From contig JBKBPM010000002.1 of the NCBI GenBank assembly GCA_046293175.1, forward strand, positions 83,176 through 147,175: a stretch of DNA of 64,000 nt, in the 5' to 3' direction. Of the stretch, positions 29,042 through 36,279 are shown piece by piece. Position numbers and translations under genes: made by a program. The DNA comes from Minisyncoccia bacterium (GTDB taxonomy: Bacteria; Patescibacteriota; Minisyncoccia; Phycocordibacterales; UBA918). The notes under the pieces were generated by a model. The model searched no databases and was not told the DNA's origin. It saw only the letters and a program-made list of their open reading frames with translations. How positions within the stretch are numbered: position 1 is the stretch's first letter; the number at the start of each line of letters is the position of its first letter.

Positions 29042-29500
29042 CTACGCAACAATGATATTCTCAATGATTTTTATGGTCGAAAATGTTTCACGTGGTACAA
29101 CTCGGACCGCTACTACATCAATTTGCCAGTCTCCATCGTACTTTTGCTCCATAAGCCAGCTTTCTATAGCTCGTGATAGTTTCTTGAGCTTAAACGGATG
29201 AACATTCTCCTCTGGCCGCCAAGTTCCATATGAAACGGCGTTTTTTAGATCCTGCTTTGTTCGGTATGAAACGGTTTTGACCTCAACAAAGTGAACTTTG
29301 TTGTTTTTACTCACAACTACGTCAATTTCACCCCATTTCTTGCGGTAGTTGCGCGCTACTAAGGAAAAACCACGATTAATGAGGTACTGGGCAGCTAATT
29401 TTTCACCAATTTGACCGGTTTCTATATGTTCTGGCGTAATTTTGGCTTTTTGTGCCATAGTAGCTATAGTATAACAGGCTAGAATGCTTAAATTGCCCAA
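29042..29500 (-). CDS. YraN/UPF0102-family endonuclease
   Basis: GEKLAAQYLINRGFSLVARNYRKKWGEIDVVVSKNNKVHFVEVKT; the likely start is MAQKAK (about 29458). Confidence 0.7.
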   Translation of the reverse strand: MGNLSILACYTIATMAQKAKITPEHIETGQIGEKLAAQYLINRGFSLVARNYRKKWGEIDVVVSKNNKVHFVEVKTVSYRTKQDLKNAVSYGTWRPEENVHPFKLKKLSRAIESWLMEQKYDGDWQIDVVAVRVVPRETFSTIKIIENIIVA

Positions 29501-29535
29501 TTATGCATGTTCTACGTGTAACAGGTGCAAAGTGT

Positions 29536-29549
29536 GCCACGTGGCACAT
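29536..29549. promoter_or_regulatory. Perfect 14-bp palindrome GTGCCACGTGGCAC
   Basis: Seen directly in the sequence; a candidate dimeric-regulator operator. Confidence 0.3.
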
Positions 29550-29689
29550 GTATTTTTTATAAGATATCCACGGCTTTAAGATTATGGCTATATTTTACAA
29601 GGGTTTTTGTAAAAGAATCCTGTCTTTGAGACATGTCCTTTATGCACATATTCACGTGGTTATACACTGTTTGAGGAGGGAGGTTGGTG

Positions 29690-29930
29690 TGCAGAATCGG
29701 TCACGAGTCACTAGGCATAATCTTTCGCTTTGCTTAGTGTGGCCAGAGAGAATCGGTCCTTACAGGACCAGTTTTCATGAGTCGGTCACTCTCGTGGCTG
29801 GATTATGAATCGTCCTGACGGTCACCATGCTAGATTATTTCACTGTGTTCATAATCTAGCAGGTGCCGCGGGACACGCCTCACTTGTTTTGGCATTAGGA
29901 ATAGCCAAAACATCGTTCCGGCGTTCGATT
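29690..29930. repeat. Cluster of degenerate tRNA-3'-end-like repeats (AATCGGTCAC family) and T-arm-like fragments
   Basis: gcagaatcggtcacgagtcac, ggccagagagaatcggtccttacaggacc, gagtcggtcactctcgtggctgg, ggcgttcgattctctacgc; also one ATGTCCTTTAT site at 29636. Confidence 0.45.
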
Positions 29931-29957
29931 CTCTACGCAAAGCATACTAATACTTTG

Positions 29958-30019
29958 CTCTGGCCGCACATATGAAAAAAGACCCAGGGAAGGGTCTTTT
30001 TTCATATGTGCGGCCAGAG
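29958..30019. repeat. 28-bp-arm inverted repeat / terminator overlapping the tRNA-Gly(GCC) 3' end
   Basis: ctctggccgcacatatgaaaaaagaccc-aggga-agggtcttttttcatatgtgcggccagag. Confidence 0.65.
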
Positions 30020-30079
30020 AGAATCGAACTCTCGACTAAACCTTGGCAAGGTCTCATTATACCACTTAACCATGGCCGC
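30009..30079 (-). tRNA. tRNA-Gly (anticodon GCC), no encoded CCA
   Basis: Revcomp gcggccatggttaagtggtataatgagaccTTGCCAAggtttagtcgagagttcgattctctctggccgc. Confidence 0.8.
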
Positions 30080-30083
30080 AATA

Positions 30084-30764
30084 TTAATTTTTCAGCTCTT
30101 TCTCAAGCAAAGTAACCCAGTGACTAAGCTTCTTCTTGAGTAAAGTACTGGCGATTATAGTATTTCCGACGCCAAAATGCAACGTCTCTTTCCCAGCTCG
30201 ACCGGTAATAACCTGGTTTTTGTAGAATTGAGCAGGGGAGAGGGTAGTTTTTTGGCACCAGTGCTTCATACAAGCCACTTCATCAAGATCAGGGTAGAGA
30301 AGGAGCCAAAAGCGGATAGAACTCTTGGGTACGCCAAGATAGCCCGTGAGGAAGCGTATAAAGAGCTTGTGGAGTTGTGGGCGACTACCCGAGAGGCGAA
30401 TGAGGCGCGGGTTCTCTTGGTCTCCAGCGGTCATGTAGAGGGTGAGCCCAGCGACAAATAGTGGGGAAAAACGGTAGTTTTTGAATTCGACCTCAGCTAA
30501 GCGGGTGATTTCGGAGTATTGGTGCTTTCGTTCAGCCACTCGCGCTTTATTGATGAGGGCAAGACGCTTGGTGTTCTGTGCTACCGCTTGTTTCTTATTG
30601 TCTTTGGCCACCGCTTTGGAGAATGGTTCGTTCTTCAGCCAATTACTCACGGTGCCACGCGAAACACTACAGATCTTCGCGATTTCGGTATAGGTAAAGC
30701 CACGCCGGCGAAAGACGAGGGCTTGTTCATAGGCTTCAGGCTTGTACGAACGTACTTTTGACAT
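30084..30764 (-). CDS. HTH DNA-binding / LAGLIDADG-like protein (paralog B); stop codon 4 nt from the tRNA-Gly(GCC) 5' end
   Basis: HTH FRRRGFTYTEIAKICSVSRGTVSNWL; FVAGLTLYMTAGDQ motif; homologous along the full length to 22606-23259. Confidence 0.55.
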   Translation of the reverse strand: MSKVRSYKPEAYEQALVFRRRGFTYTEIAKICSVSRGTVSNWLKNEPFSKAVAKDNKKQAVAQNTKRLALINKARVAERKHQYSEITRLAEVEFKNYRFSPLFVAGLTLYMTAGDQENPRLIRLSGSRPQLHKLFIRFLTGYLGVPKSSIRFWLLLYPDLDEVACMKHWCQKTTLSPAQFYKNQVITGRAGKETLHFGVGNTIIASTLLKKKLSHWVTLLEKELKN

Positions 30765-30904
30765 TATAAAAGTTGTCTATAGTATACTGTAGCCAGTGTT
30801 CATTTCTAGCGCAAAACAATACCGGCAGGGGATACCGGTTGTGTTTACTCCTTTGATCTTAAGAATCGCCGTCGATTTCTTCTTTCTTACAGAAACAGTC
30901 CACT

Positions 30905-31262
30905 CATTGGGTATTTTATTTCGTTCCTCATAAAATATCTCATTCGCCCGACCCGGACTGTTCCGGCCCTAAAGGGAACCCCGGAACAGTCTTTCGAGTC
31001 CCTCCGGGGGCGACATGGACTCGGTCACGCTCATGGATATTTTATTTCGTTCCTCATAAAATATCTCATTCGCCCGACCCGGACTGTTCCGGCCCTAAAG
31101 GGAACCCCGGAACAGTCTTTCGAGTCCCTCCGGGGGCGACATGGACTCGGTCACGCTCATGGATATTTTATTTCGTTCCTCATAAAATATCTCATTCGCC
31201 CGACCCGGACTGTTCCGGCCCTAAAGGGAACCCCGGAACAGTCTTTCGAGTCCCTCCGGGGG
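30905..31262. repeat. 126-bp tandem repeat, about 2.8 near-identical copies, each carrying a plus-orientation pseudo-copy of the tRNA-Arg 3' half
   Basis: Unit ggatattttatttcgttcctcataaaatatctcattcgcccgacccggactgttccggccctaaagggaaccccggaacagtctttcgagtccctccgggggcgacatggactcggtcacgctcat; copies start at 30909, 31035 and 31161. Confidence 0.85.
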
Positions 31263-31264
31263 CG

Positions 31265-31311
31265 ACAAACGGCAACGGCCCAAATGCTTGCGCATTTGGG
31301 CCGGCCGTTTG
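31265..31311. terminator. Hairpin terminator downstream of tRNA-Arg, same scaffold as at 22322-22369
   Basis: acaaacggcaacggcccaaatgc-ttgc-gcatttgggccggccgtttgt. Together with 31245-31260 and 31316-31331 it forms an inverted repeat of about 40 bp per arm. Confidence 0.6.
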
Positions 31312-31383
31312 TGCACCCGGAGGGACTCGAACCCCCGACGACTGTTCCGAAGACAGTAATGATATCCACTTCACCACGGGTGC
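31312..31383 (-). tRNA. tRNA-Arg (anticodon TCG), no encoded CCA
   Basis: Revcomp gcacccgtggtgaagtggatatcattactgtCTTCGGAacagtcgtcgggggttcgagtccctccgggtgca. Confidence 0.75.
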
Positions 31384-31422
31384 AATGACTGGCAGTGTAC
31401 TACTCTTTGACCCAAAACTCAA

Positions 31423-32028
31423 TTAGCGAAGATTGAAATGCTTTAAGATGGCATTAAAGACGATGAGTCCGTCGCTTTCGCTATGGTATTTCTCTAGGTG
31501 AAAGATGGTGCCAATTTGTGGCTTACTTTCGTGGCCAAACATCAGGATACCGCGCGCAGAAGGGATGATGGGGTAAAGTGGTGACGCCACCGCTTCAATA
31601 ATCCACTGATGGCCTTCGTAAAGGCAAAGGAGCGGCGGTAAACCAAAAGAGTTTTCTGGTACGACATTGGCGAAAAAGCCTTTCTGTTTATTTTCGGGAC
31701 CTAGATGATGGAGTTTACCACCATACGCCTCCACAATCAGTTCAGCGCCATAACAAATACCAAGAATTGGCTTAGTCTGCTCAGGTATCCAGGCGAGGAT
31801 AGCTTCTAATTCAGTGCGAAAGTAGGGGATGGGGTGATGGTTGCTGCCGGTGAGCACAATGAGATCATGGGTGGCTTGCGGATAGAGCTCGGCTACTGTT
31901 GTAAAGGGCACCACCTCAACAGCATCGTCAGTGAACAATGCCACGACATTCTTTGGATATCGAACACCGTTATTAATGATAAGCACGCGCATAGGGAGTT
32001 CCCTGCAGTATACCGCGCAAGAGGGCAA
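31423..32028 (-). CDS. Type-1 glutamine amidotransferase-like protein
   Basis: GICYGAELI nucleophile elbow and a downstream His; the start is probably MRVLIINNG (31992). Confidence 0.6.
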   Translation of the reverse strand: MPSCAVYCRELPMRVLIINNGVRYPKNVVALFTDDAVEVVPFTTVAELYPQATHDLIVLTGSNHHPIPYFRTELEAILAWIPEQTKPILGICYGAELIVEAYGGKLHHLGPENKQKGFFANVVPENSFGLPPLLCLYEGHQWIIEAVASPLYPIIPSARGILMFGHESKPQIGTIFHLEKYHSESDGLIVFNAILKHFNLR

Positions 32029-32060
32029 ATGGGAGACTTTCTGCTACAATAGCCCTATCT

Positions 32061-33530
32061 ATGATTCAGTCGACTGATATTCCACTTGAGGTCCGCGCGG
32101 TCGCTGACAGACTCCGAAGTGCTGGCTATGACGCCTACCTCGTGGGTGGTTGTGTGCGTGATCTTCTCCTCGGGAAGAACCCAAAGGACTGGGATTTTAC
32201 GACCGATGCCGTGCCAGAGGCAATTATCGCTATATTTCCTGATAGTTTTTGTAACAATGACTACGGGACCGTGGGAGTAAAGACTGGCAGTGAAGACCCG
32301 CGCCTCTCAGTAGTCGAAGTCACCCCATACCGCAGTGAAGGGGAATATAGCGACGCCAGACGACCTGATTCTGTCACCTTTGGGGTATCGCTCGAAGAAG
32401 ACTTGGCCCGCCGGGACTTTACGGTCAATGCCATCGCACTACGGCCGCATGATGTAGCAATTATTGATATCTATGGCGGACTAGAGGATCTCCGCGCCAA
32501 GCGTCTCAAAGCGGTCGGGGAACCGGGTGAACGGTTTGCTGAAGATGCGCTCCGTATGATGCGAGCGGTACGACTGGCCGCTGAACTTGATTTCACTATT
32601 GATAGTGAAACGATGCAGGGAATTTTTGCCAACCGCGAGCGTCTGGGGCAAATTGCCATCGAACGTATCAGTACCGAGTTTCAAAAGCTTTTGTTGTCTG
32701 CCACCCCGATGCAAGGTATTGGTTTCTTAGAAAAACTTGGCCTATTGCCGTATGTTCTCCCCGAAATTGAACCAGCCATTGGCTGCGAGCAGGGAGGTAT
32801 TCATGAGTATGATGTCTACGAACACCTCTTGCGCACGCTGCAGGCGGCGGCTGATAAGGGCTACGGTATTGAAATGCGTCTCGCAGCACTGCTGCATGAT
32901 ATCGGGAAGCCAGCGACTAGACGAACTGGTGGTAAAAATAAGCTCTACACCTTCTTTGGCCACGAGGTAGTGGGTGCTCGGATGACCAAAGCGATACTAG
33001 AACGCCTGAAGATGCCACGCGATATCATCGATACGGTCGAAAATCTTGTGCGTTGGCATATGTTTTTTGCGGACACCGAAGAAATCACTCTGTCAGCCGT
33101 CCGTCGCACCATTACCCGAGTAGGGGAAGATCAAATTGAAAATCTCCTTAATCTCCGTGTCTGTGACCGGATTGGTACCGGACGTCCTAAGGAACAGCCG
33201 TTTCGCTTCCGTAAATACAAAGCCATGGTGGACGAAGCGTTGCGTGACCCAATATCGGTGAAAATGCTTAAAATGGACGGAACCCGGATTATGGCTTTAA
33301 CTGGGGAAAAGCCGGGGAAAAGGCTCGGATATATACTGCATGCACTACTGGAAGAAGTGTTGGTAGACCCTAGTAAAAACCGTGAAGAATACCTGGATAA
33401 CCGCGTAAAAGATTTGATTTTACTTGATGAAACAGCCCTTAAGGCCCTCGGGGACGCTGGTAAAGACAAACTGGCCGAAGAAGAGGCAGCGGCCCTCAAA
33501 GAAATCGCCCGCGAGCATAAGGTTGGTTAA
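32061..33530 (+). CDS. cca: CCA-adding tRNA nucleotidyltransferase with a C-terminal HD domain
   Basis: GGCVRDLLLGKNPKDWDFTTDA (pol-beta-like head), RDFTVNAIA, the HD motif LLHDIGKP. Confidence 0.8.
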   Translation: MIQSTDIPLEVRAVADRLRSAGYDAYLVGGCVRDLLLGKNPKDWDFTTDAVPEAIIAIFPDSFCNNDYGTVGVKTGSEDPRLSVVEVTPYRSEGEYSDARRPDSVTFGVSLEEDLARRDFTVNAIALRPHDVAIIDIYGGLEDLRAKRLKAVGEPGERFAEDALRMMRAVRLAAELDFTIDSETMQGIFANRERLGQIAIERISTEFQKLLLSATPMQGIGFLEKLGLLPYVLPEIEPAIGCEQGGIHEYDVYEHLLRTLQAAADKGYGIEMRLAALLHDIGKPATRRTGGKNKLYTFFGHEVVGARMTKAILERLKMPRDIIDTVENLVRWHMFFADTEEITLSAVRRTITRVGEDQIENLLNLRVCDRIGTGRPKEQPFRFRKYKAMVDEALRDPISVKMLKMDGTRIMALTGEKPGKRLGYILHALLEEVLVDPSKNREEYLDNRVKDLILLDETALKALGDAGKDKLAEEEAAALKEIAREHKVG

Positions 33531-33549
33531 ACCAAAACATACTAAAATG

Positions 33550-33580
33550 GGAAAGGCCGGGGTTTCACTCCCGGCCTTTT
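33550..33580 (+). terminator. Terminator of cca
   Basis: gaaaggccggg-gtttcactc-ccggccttttc. Confidence 0.7.
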
Positions 33581-34136
33581 CTAAACAAAAAGCAAACGGT
33601 AGCTTCGGAATTTTGAGGTTATTTTCAAAGCCAGGCGAAGGAAAATGCTATTTTTACGACGGAGGTGTATGTAAACGTTATTTTGGCTCAGGATTTTTGT
33701 AGGCAGAAACGAGAGCTGGACTGAAAGGATATTTCGAGCGGGATATGGACATCCAGCGAGAAATATACTGAGGGAAGCACCGTTTCTGGCACAAAAAGAC
33801 CAGCCAAAATAGAAAAAGGCCTTGGGAGATCGTAAGTCGAAGGAATAGTTTCAACTGCCGATGTCCCAAGGCCTTTCGTCGAGCTTTGTTTGTTTGAGAC
33901 TAGGTCTCTGTTTGGAGTTACATAGGTGTAATCTGACCAAAAATTAAGCTCTTGTAAAGTGAGAAATCAATGTTACTTGCATATACCAGCGTAAGTCCAT
34001 CTCAGCCGACCTTCGCTAATCATGTAAGAAGATTTCTCTTTGGTTGGATCTTCTTTTTGTGCGTTAGAATTTTTTTGGAGGTAATTCTTTATTTACAATG
34101 TACTCTTTAAGGGGTACCTCCAGGGTTCGAATCGTA

Positions 34137-34275
34137 ATGTCCTTTATGAACCGAACTCTGGAGATTCCTGCTCGCCCTCTCTGGGCCTACATGTATAGTA
34201 TGTCCTTTATAGATAGTCGTAAAGGACACCATAGTGGATATCTGTGGATTGTGTAAAAAAAATATGTCCTTTATA
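34137..34275. promoter_or_regulatory. Three direct copies of ATGTCCTTTAT about 64 bp apart; the middle copy is part of the palindrome TGTCCTTTAT-N9-TAAAGGACA
   Basis: aatgtcctttatgaa (34137), tatgtcctttatagatagtcgtaaaggaca (34201), atatgtcctttataaaag (34265). Confidence 0.4.
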
Positions 34276-34295
34276 AAAGATATTCACTTTGTATA

Positions 34296-34333
34296 CTAAA
34301 ATTACCCTTATAAAACAAGGGTAATTTTAGTAC
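34296..34333 (-). terminator. Terminator of xthA (14-bp perfect stem)
   Basis: ctaaaattaccctt-ataaaaca-agggtaattttag. Confidence 0.55.
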
Positions 34334-34377
34334 TTCAATGATATTATTGACAATCTTCTGTTATGTATTCTTATTTT

Positions 34378-35196
34378 CTACTCATTTGACAAGGGTAAGT
34401 TGAGCTCAACCGAGACCGGGCAGTGGTCGGAGCCAAATACTAATGGATGAATCTGTGCCCGCTTGAGGAAGGGGAGGAGTTCGGGAGATACCATCACGTA
34501 GTCAATCCGCCAACCGACGTTGCGCTCGCGGGCGTCACCCCAGTGTGACCACCAGGTGTAGTGCCCGGTCTCACCTGGATGGAGGTGGCGGAAAGTATCG
34601 ACAAAGCCGGCCGCGGTCATAGCTTCAAAACCCGCTCGCTCTTCCTTCGTGAAGCCCTTCTTGCCATCGTTTTCCTTCGGACGGGCGAGGTCAAGCTCGG
34701 TGTGTGCCACATTAAAGTCGCCGCAGTAGATAACGGGCTTTTCTGCCGCCAACCGTTTCATGTACATAAGAAAGGCTGGGTCCCAGGCTTGGCGCATCGG
34801 GATACGCGAGAGGTCATCTTTGGCGTTTGGAGTGTAGACGGTACTAACAAAAAAGCCTTCAAATTCAAGGGTTACTACCCGCCCTTCGGTGGTCGTGTCG
34901 CCATAAGAGTCCGACAAGGCAAACTGTGCTGCAATATCAGTCGGCAAACCATAAAACACCGAAACCGGACTTACTTTTGTGAAGATAGCGGTGCCAGAAT
35001 AGCCTTTCTTTTCAGCACTGTACCAGTATTCCTCATATTCCCCGAGGTCGATGTCGGCCTGTTCGCGCTGTGCCTTGGTTTCCTGCAGGCAAAGAATATC
35101 GGGGTCATGTTCAGTCAAAAACCTTTGTAAATCACCTTTTTTGTGAACTGCTCGAATACCATTAACGTTCCAGGAATAGAGTTTCATACGCCCCAT
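34378..35196 (-). CDS. xthA: Exodeoxyribonuclease III (AP endonuclease)
   Basis: MKLYSWNVNGIRAV...LCLQETK... and the C-terminal SDHCPV motif. Confidence 0.85.
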   Translation of the reverse strand: MGRMKLYSWNVNGIRAVHKKGDLQRFLTEHDPDILCLQETKAQREQADIDLGEYEEYWYSAEKKGYSGTAIFTKVSPVSVFYGLPTDIAAQFALSDSYGDTTTEGRVVTLEFEGFFVSTVYTPNAKDDLSRIPMRQAWDPAFLMYMKRLAAEKPVIYCGDFNVAHTELDLARPKENDGKKGFTKEERAGFEAMTAAGFVDTFRHLHPGETGHYTWWSHWGDARERNVGWRIDYVMVSPELLPFLKRAQIHPLVFGSDHCPVSVELNLPLSNE

Positions 35197-35249
35197 AGTA
35201 GCACTAATTCAAAACCAGTCATTAGGCGAATATATGTTACTATTTTTGT

Positions 35250-35471
35250 ATGAAACGACACAAGCATGGGATTGATTATTTTATTAAAAACTTAGGCACT
35301 ATAGTTGGTATTGTCTTGATATGGCGGGGTATTTGGCACGTTTTAGACCAGATTGACATAGCTATAATTGGTGATGAAACACATCTTATTACCGCAATTG
35401 GGGGTATTGTTATTGGTTTCCTCATTTTGTACATCCCTGACCGAGATCTAAAAGAAATTGAAAAGCTCTAA
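35250..35471 (+). CDS. Small hypothetical membrane protein (73 aa)
   Basis: Two predicted TM segments; divergent from xthA. Confidence 0.35.
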   Translation: MKRHKHGIDYFIKNLGTIVGIVLIWRGIWHVLDQIDIAIIGDETHLITAIGGIVIGFLILYIPDRDLKEIEKL

Positions 35472-35593
35472 AAGACTTGTATTTATCTATACATGTGCTT
35501 TAATAGCCATAGCGAAACAAATACCTCCTTGAGGCAAGGACAACGTTGATCAGGTGTAGTGATGTTTTGTTTTAAACAAAAATAAAAAATAAT

Positions 35594-35791
35594 ATGACAG
35601 GTTCAATTGTACGTAAGACTGATAAAGGCTTCGGCTTTATCAAGCCTGACGACGGTGGAAAAGATGTATTCTTCCACGCACAAAATGTAGTAGACGGATT
35701 GTTTGACGAACTCGCAGAAGGTGAAAAGGTTACCTTCGAAATCGAGCAGGGTCCAAAAGGTCCAGCTGCCAAAGACGTTCGCCGCGCATAA
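35594..35791 (+). CDS. cspA: Cold-shock protein (CspA family)
   Basis: The KGFGFI and VFFH RNP motifs, 65 aa. Confidence 0.9.
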   Translation: MTGSIVRKTDKGFGFIKPDDGGKDVFFHAQNVVDGLFDELAEGEKVTFEIEQGPKGPAAKDVRRA

Positions 35792-35805
35792 GCCACGCGT
35801 CACTC

Positions 35806-35843
35806 ACAAAAAGCCGCAGGCCATGGCCTGCGGCTTTTTGTGC
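35806..35843 (+). terminator. Terminator of the cold-shock gene
   Basis: cacaaaaagccgcagg-ccatgg-cctgcggctttttgtg. Confidence 0.75.
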
Positions 35844-35888
35844 ATACAGTACATATATAGGTATAGGCTTACGGTATACTGGTGAGGT

Positions 35889-36278
35889 ATGTTCTTCGGA
35901 CTCTTTTTTGAGTACACGCGTTGGCATTATAGTCGTGCGCTCATTAGCTATGTCCGGATACTCAAAAATTTTTGGTGGTTTACGGTGGCTTACTTTTCGA
36001 TGCCACTTCTTTTTAAAACCCTCTTTGTACCCTACAAGCGTATGACTGAGACACCAGAACGAACGATTAGTTCTTGGCTTGAAGCGCAGGTTATCAATAC
36101 TTTGTCTCGACTCGTCGGATTCTGTGTCCGACTCTTTCTCCTCGCTTGCGGATTTTTGGCGCTATGCTTTTTGACGATAGGCGGGATTCTAGGCTATGCC
36201 GTCTGGTTGATTGCTCCAATTCTTTCAACGCTCCTCGCTACCTACGGCGGCCTCCTTATCATTGCCAATCTTTTTTAG
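35889..36278 (+). CDS. Hypothetical polytopic membrane protein (129 aa)
   Basis: Three to four hydrophobic helices. Its stop at 36276-36278 is coupled to the start of the next gene at 36280. Confidence 0.4.
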   Translation: MFFGLFFEYTRWHYSRALISYVRILKNFWWFTVAYFSMPLLFKTLFVPYKRMTETPERTISSWLEAQVINTLSRLVGFCVRLFLLACGFLALCFLTIGGILGYAVWLIAPILSTLLATYGGLLIIANLF

Positions 36279-36279
36279 T

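Noticed and set aside
22606-30764. Calling the tRNA-associated paralogs bona fide LAGLIDADG homing endonucleases
   Set aside because: The xAGxxLYxx(E/A)G(S/D) block only loosely resembles LAGLIDADG (two extra residues) and only one copy is visible. I kept it as an endonuclease-like hypothesis to be tested by HMM and structure.
30905-31262. Tandem repeats as a possible CRISPR array
   Set aside because: The units are 126 bp, directly contiguous and near-identical, with no unique spacers, and no cas genes lie nearby. This is a satellite-like tandem repeat, not CRISPR.
34100-34175. tRNA-like T-arm (gggttcgaatcg) in the cca-xthA spacer as a tRNA or tmRNA gene
   Set aside because: It has no complementary acceptor or T-stem, and no tmRNA tag ORF (..ALAA stop) or CCA-adjacent structure. 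Probably another tRNA-derived fragment.
33600-34378. Chromosomal replication origin (AT-rich spacer with DnaA-box-like 9-mers)
   Set aside because: Only two imperfect DnaA-box matches, and no dnaA or dnaN is nearby. It more likely is a regulatory or mobile-element-derived spacer. I retained it only as a low-weight note inside the ATGTCCTTTAT finding.
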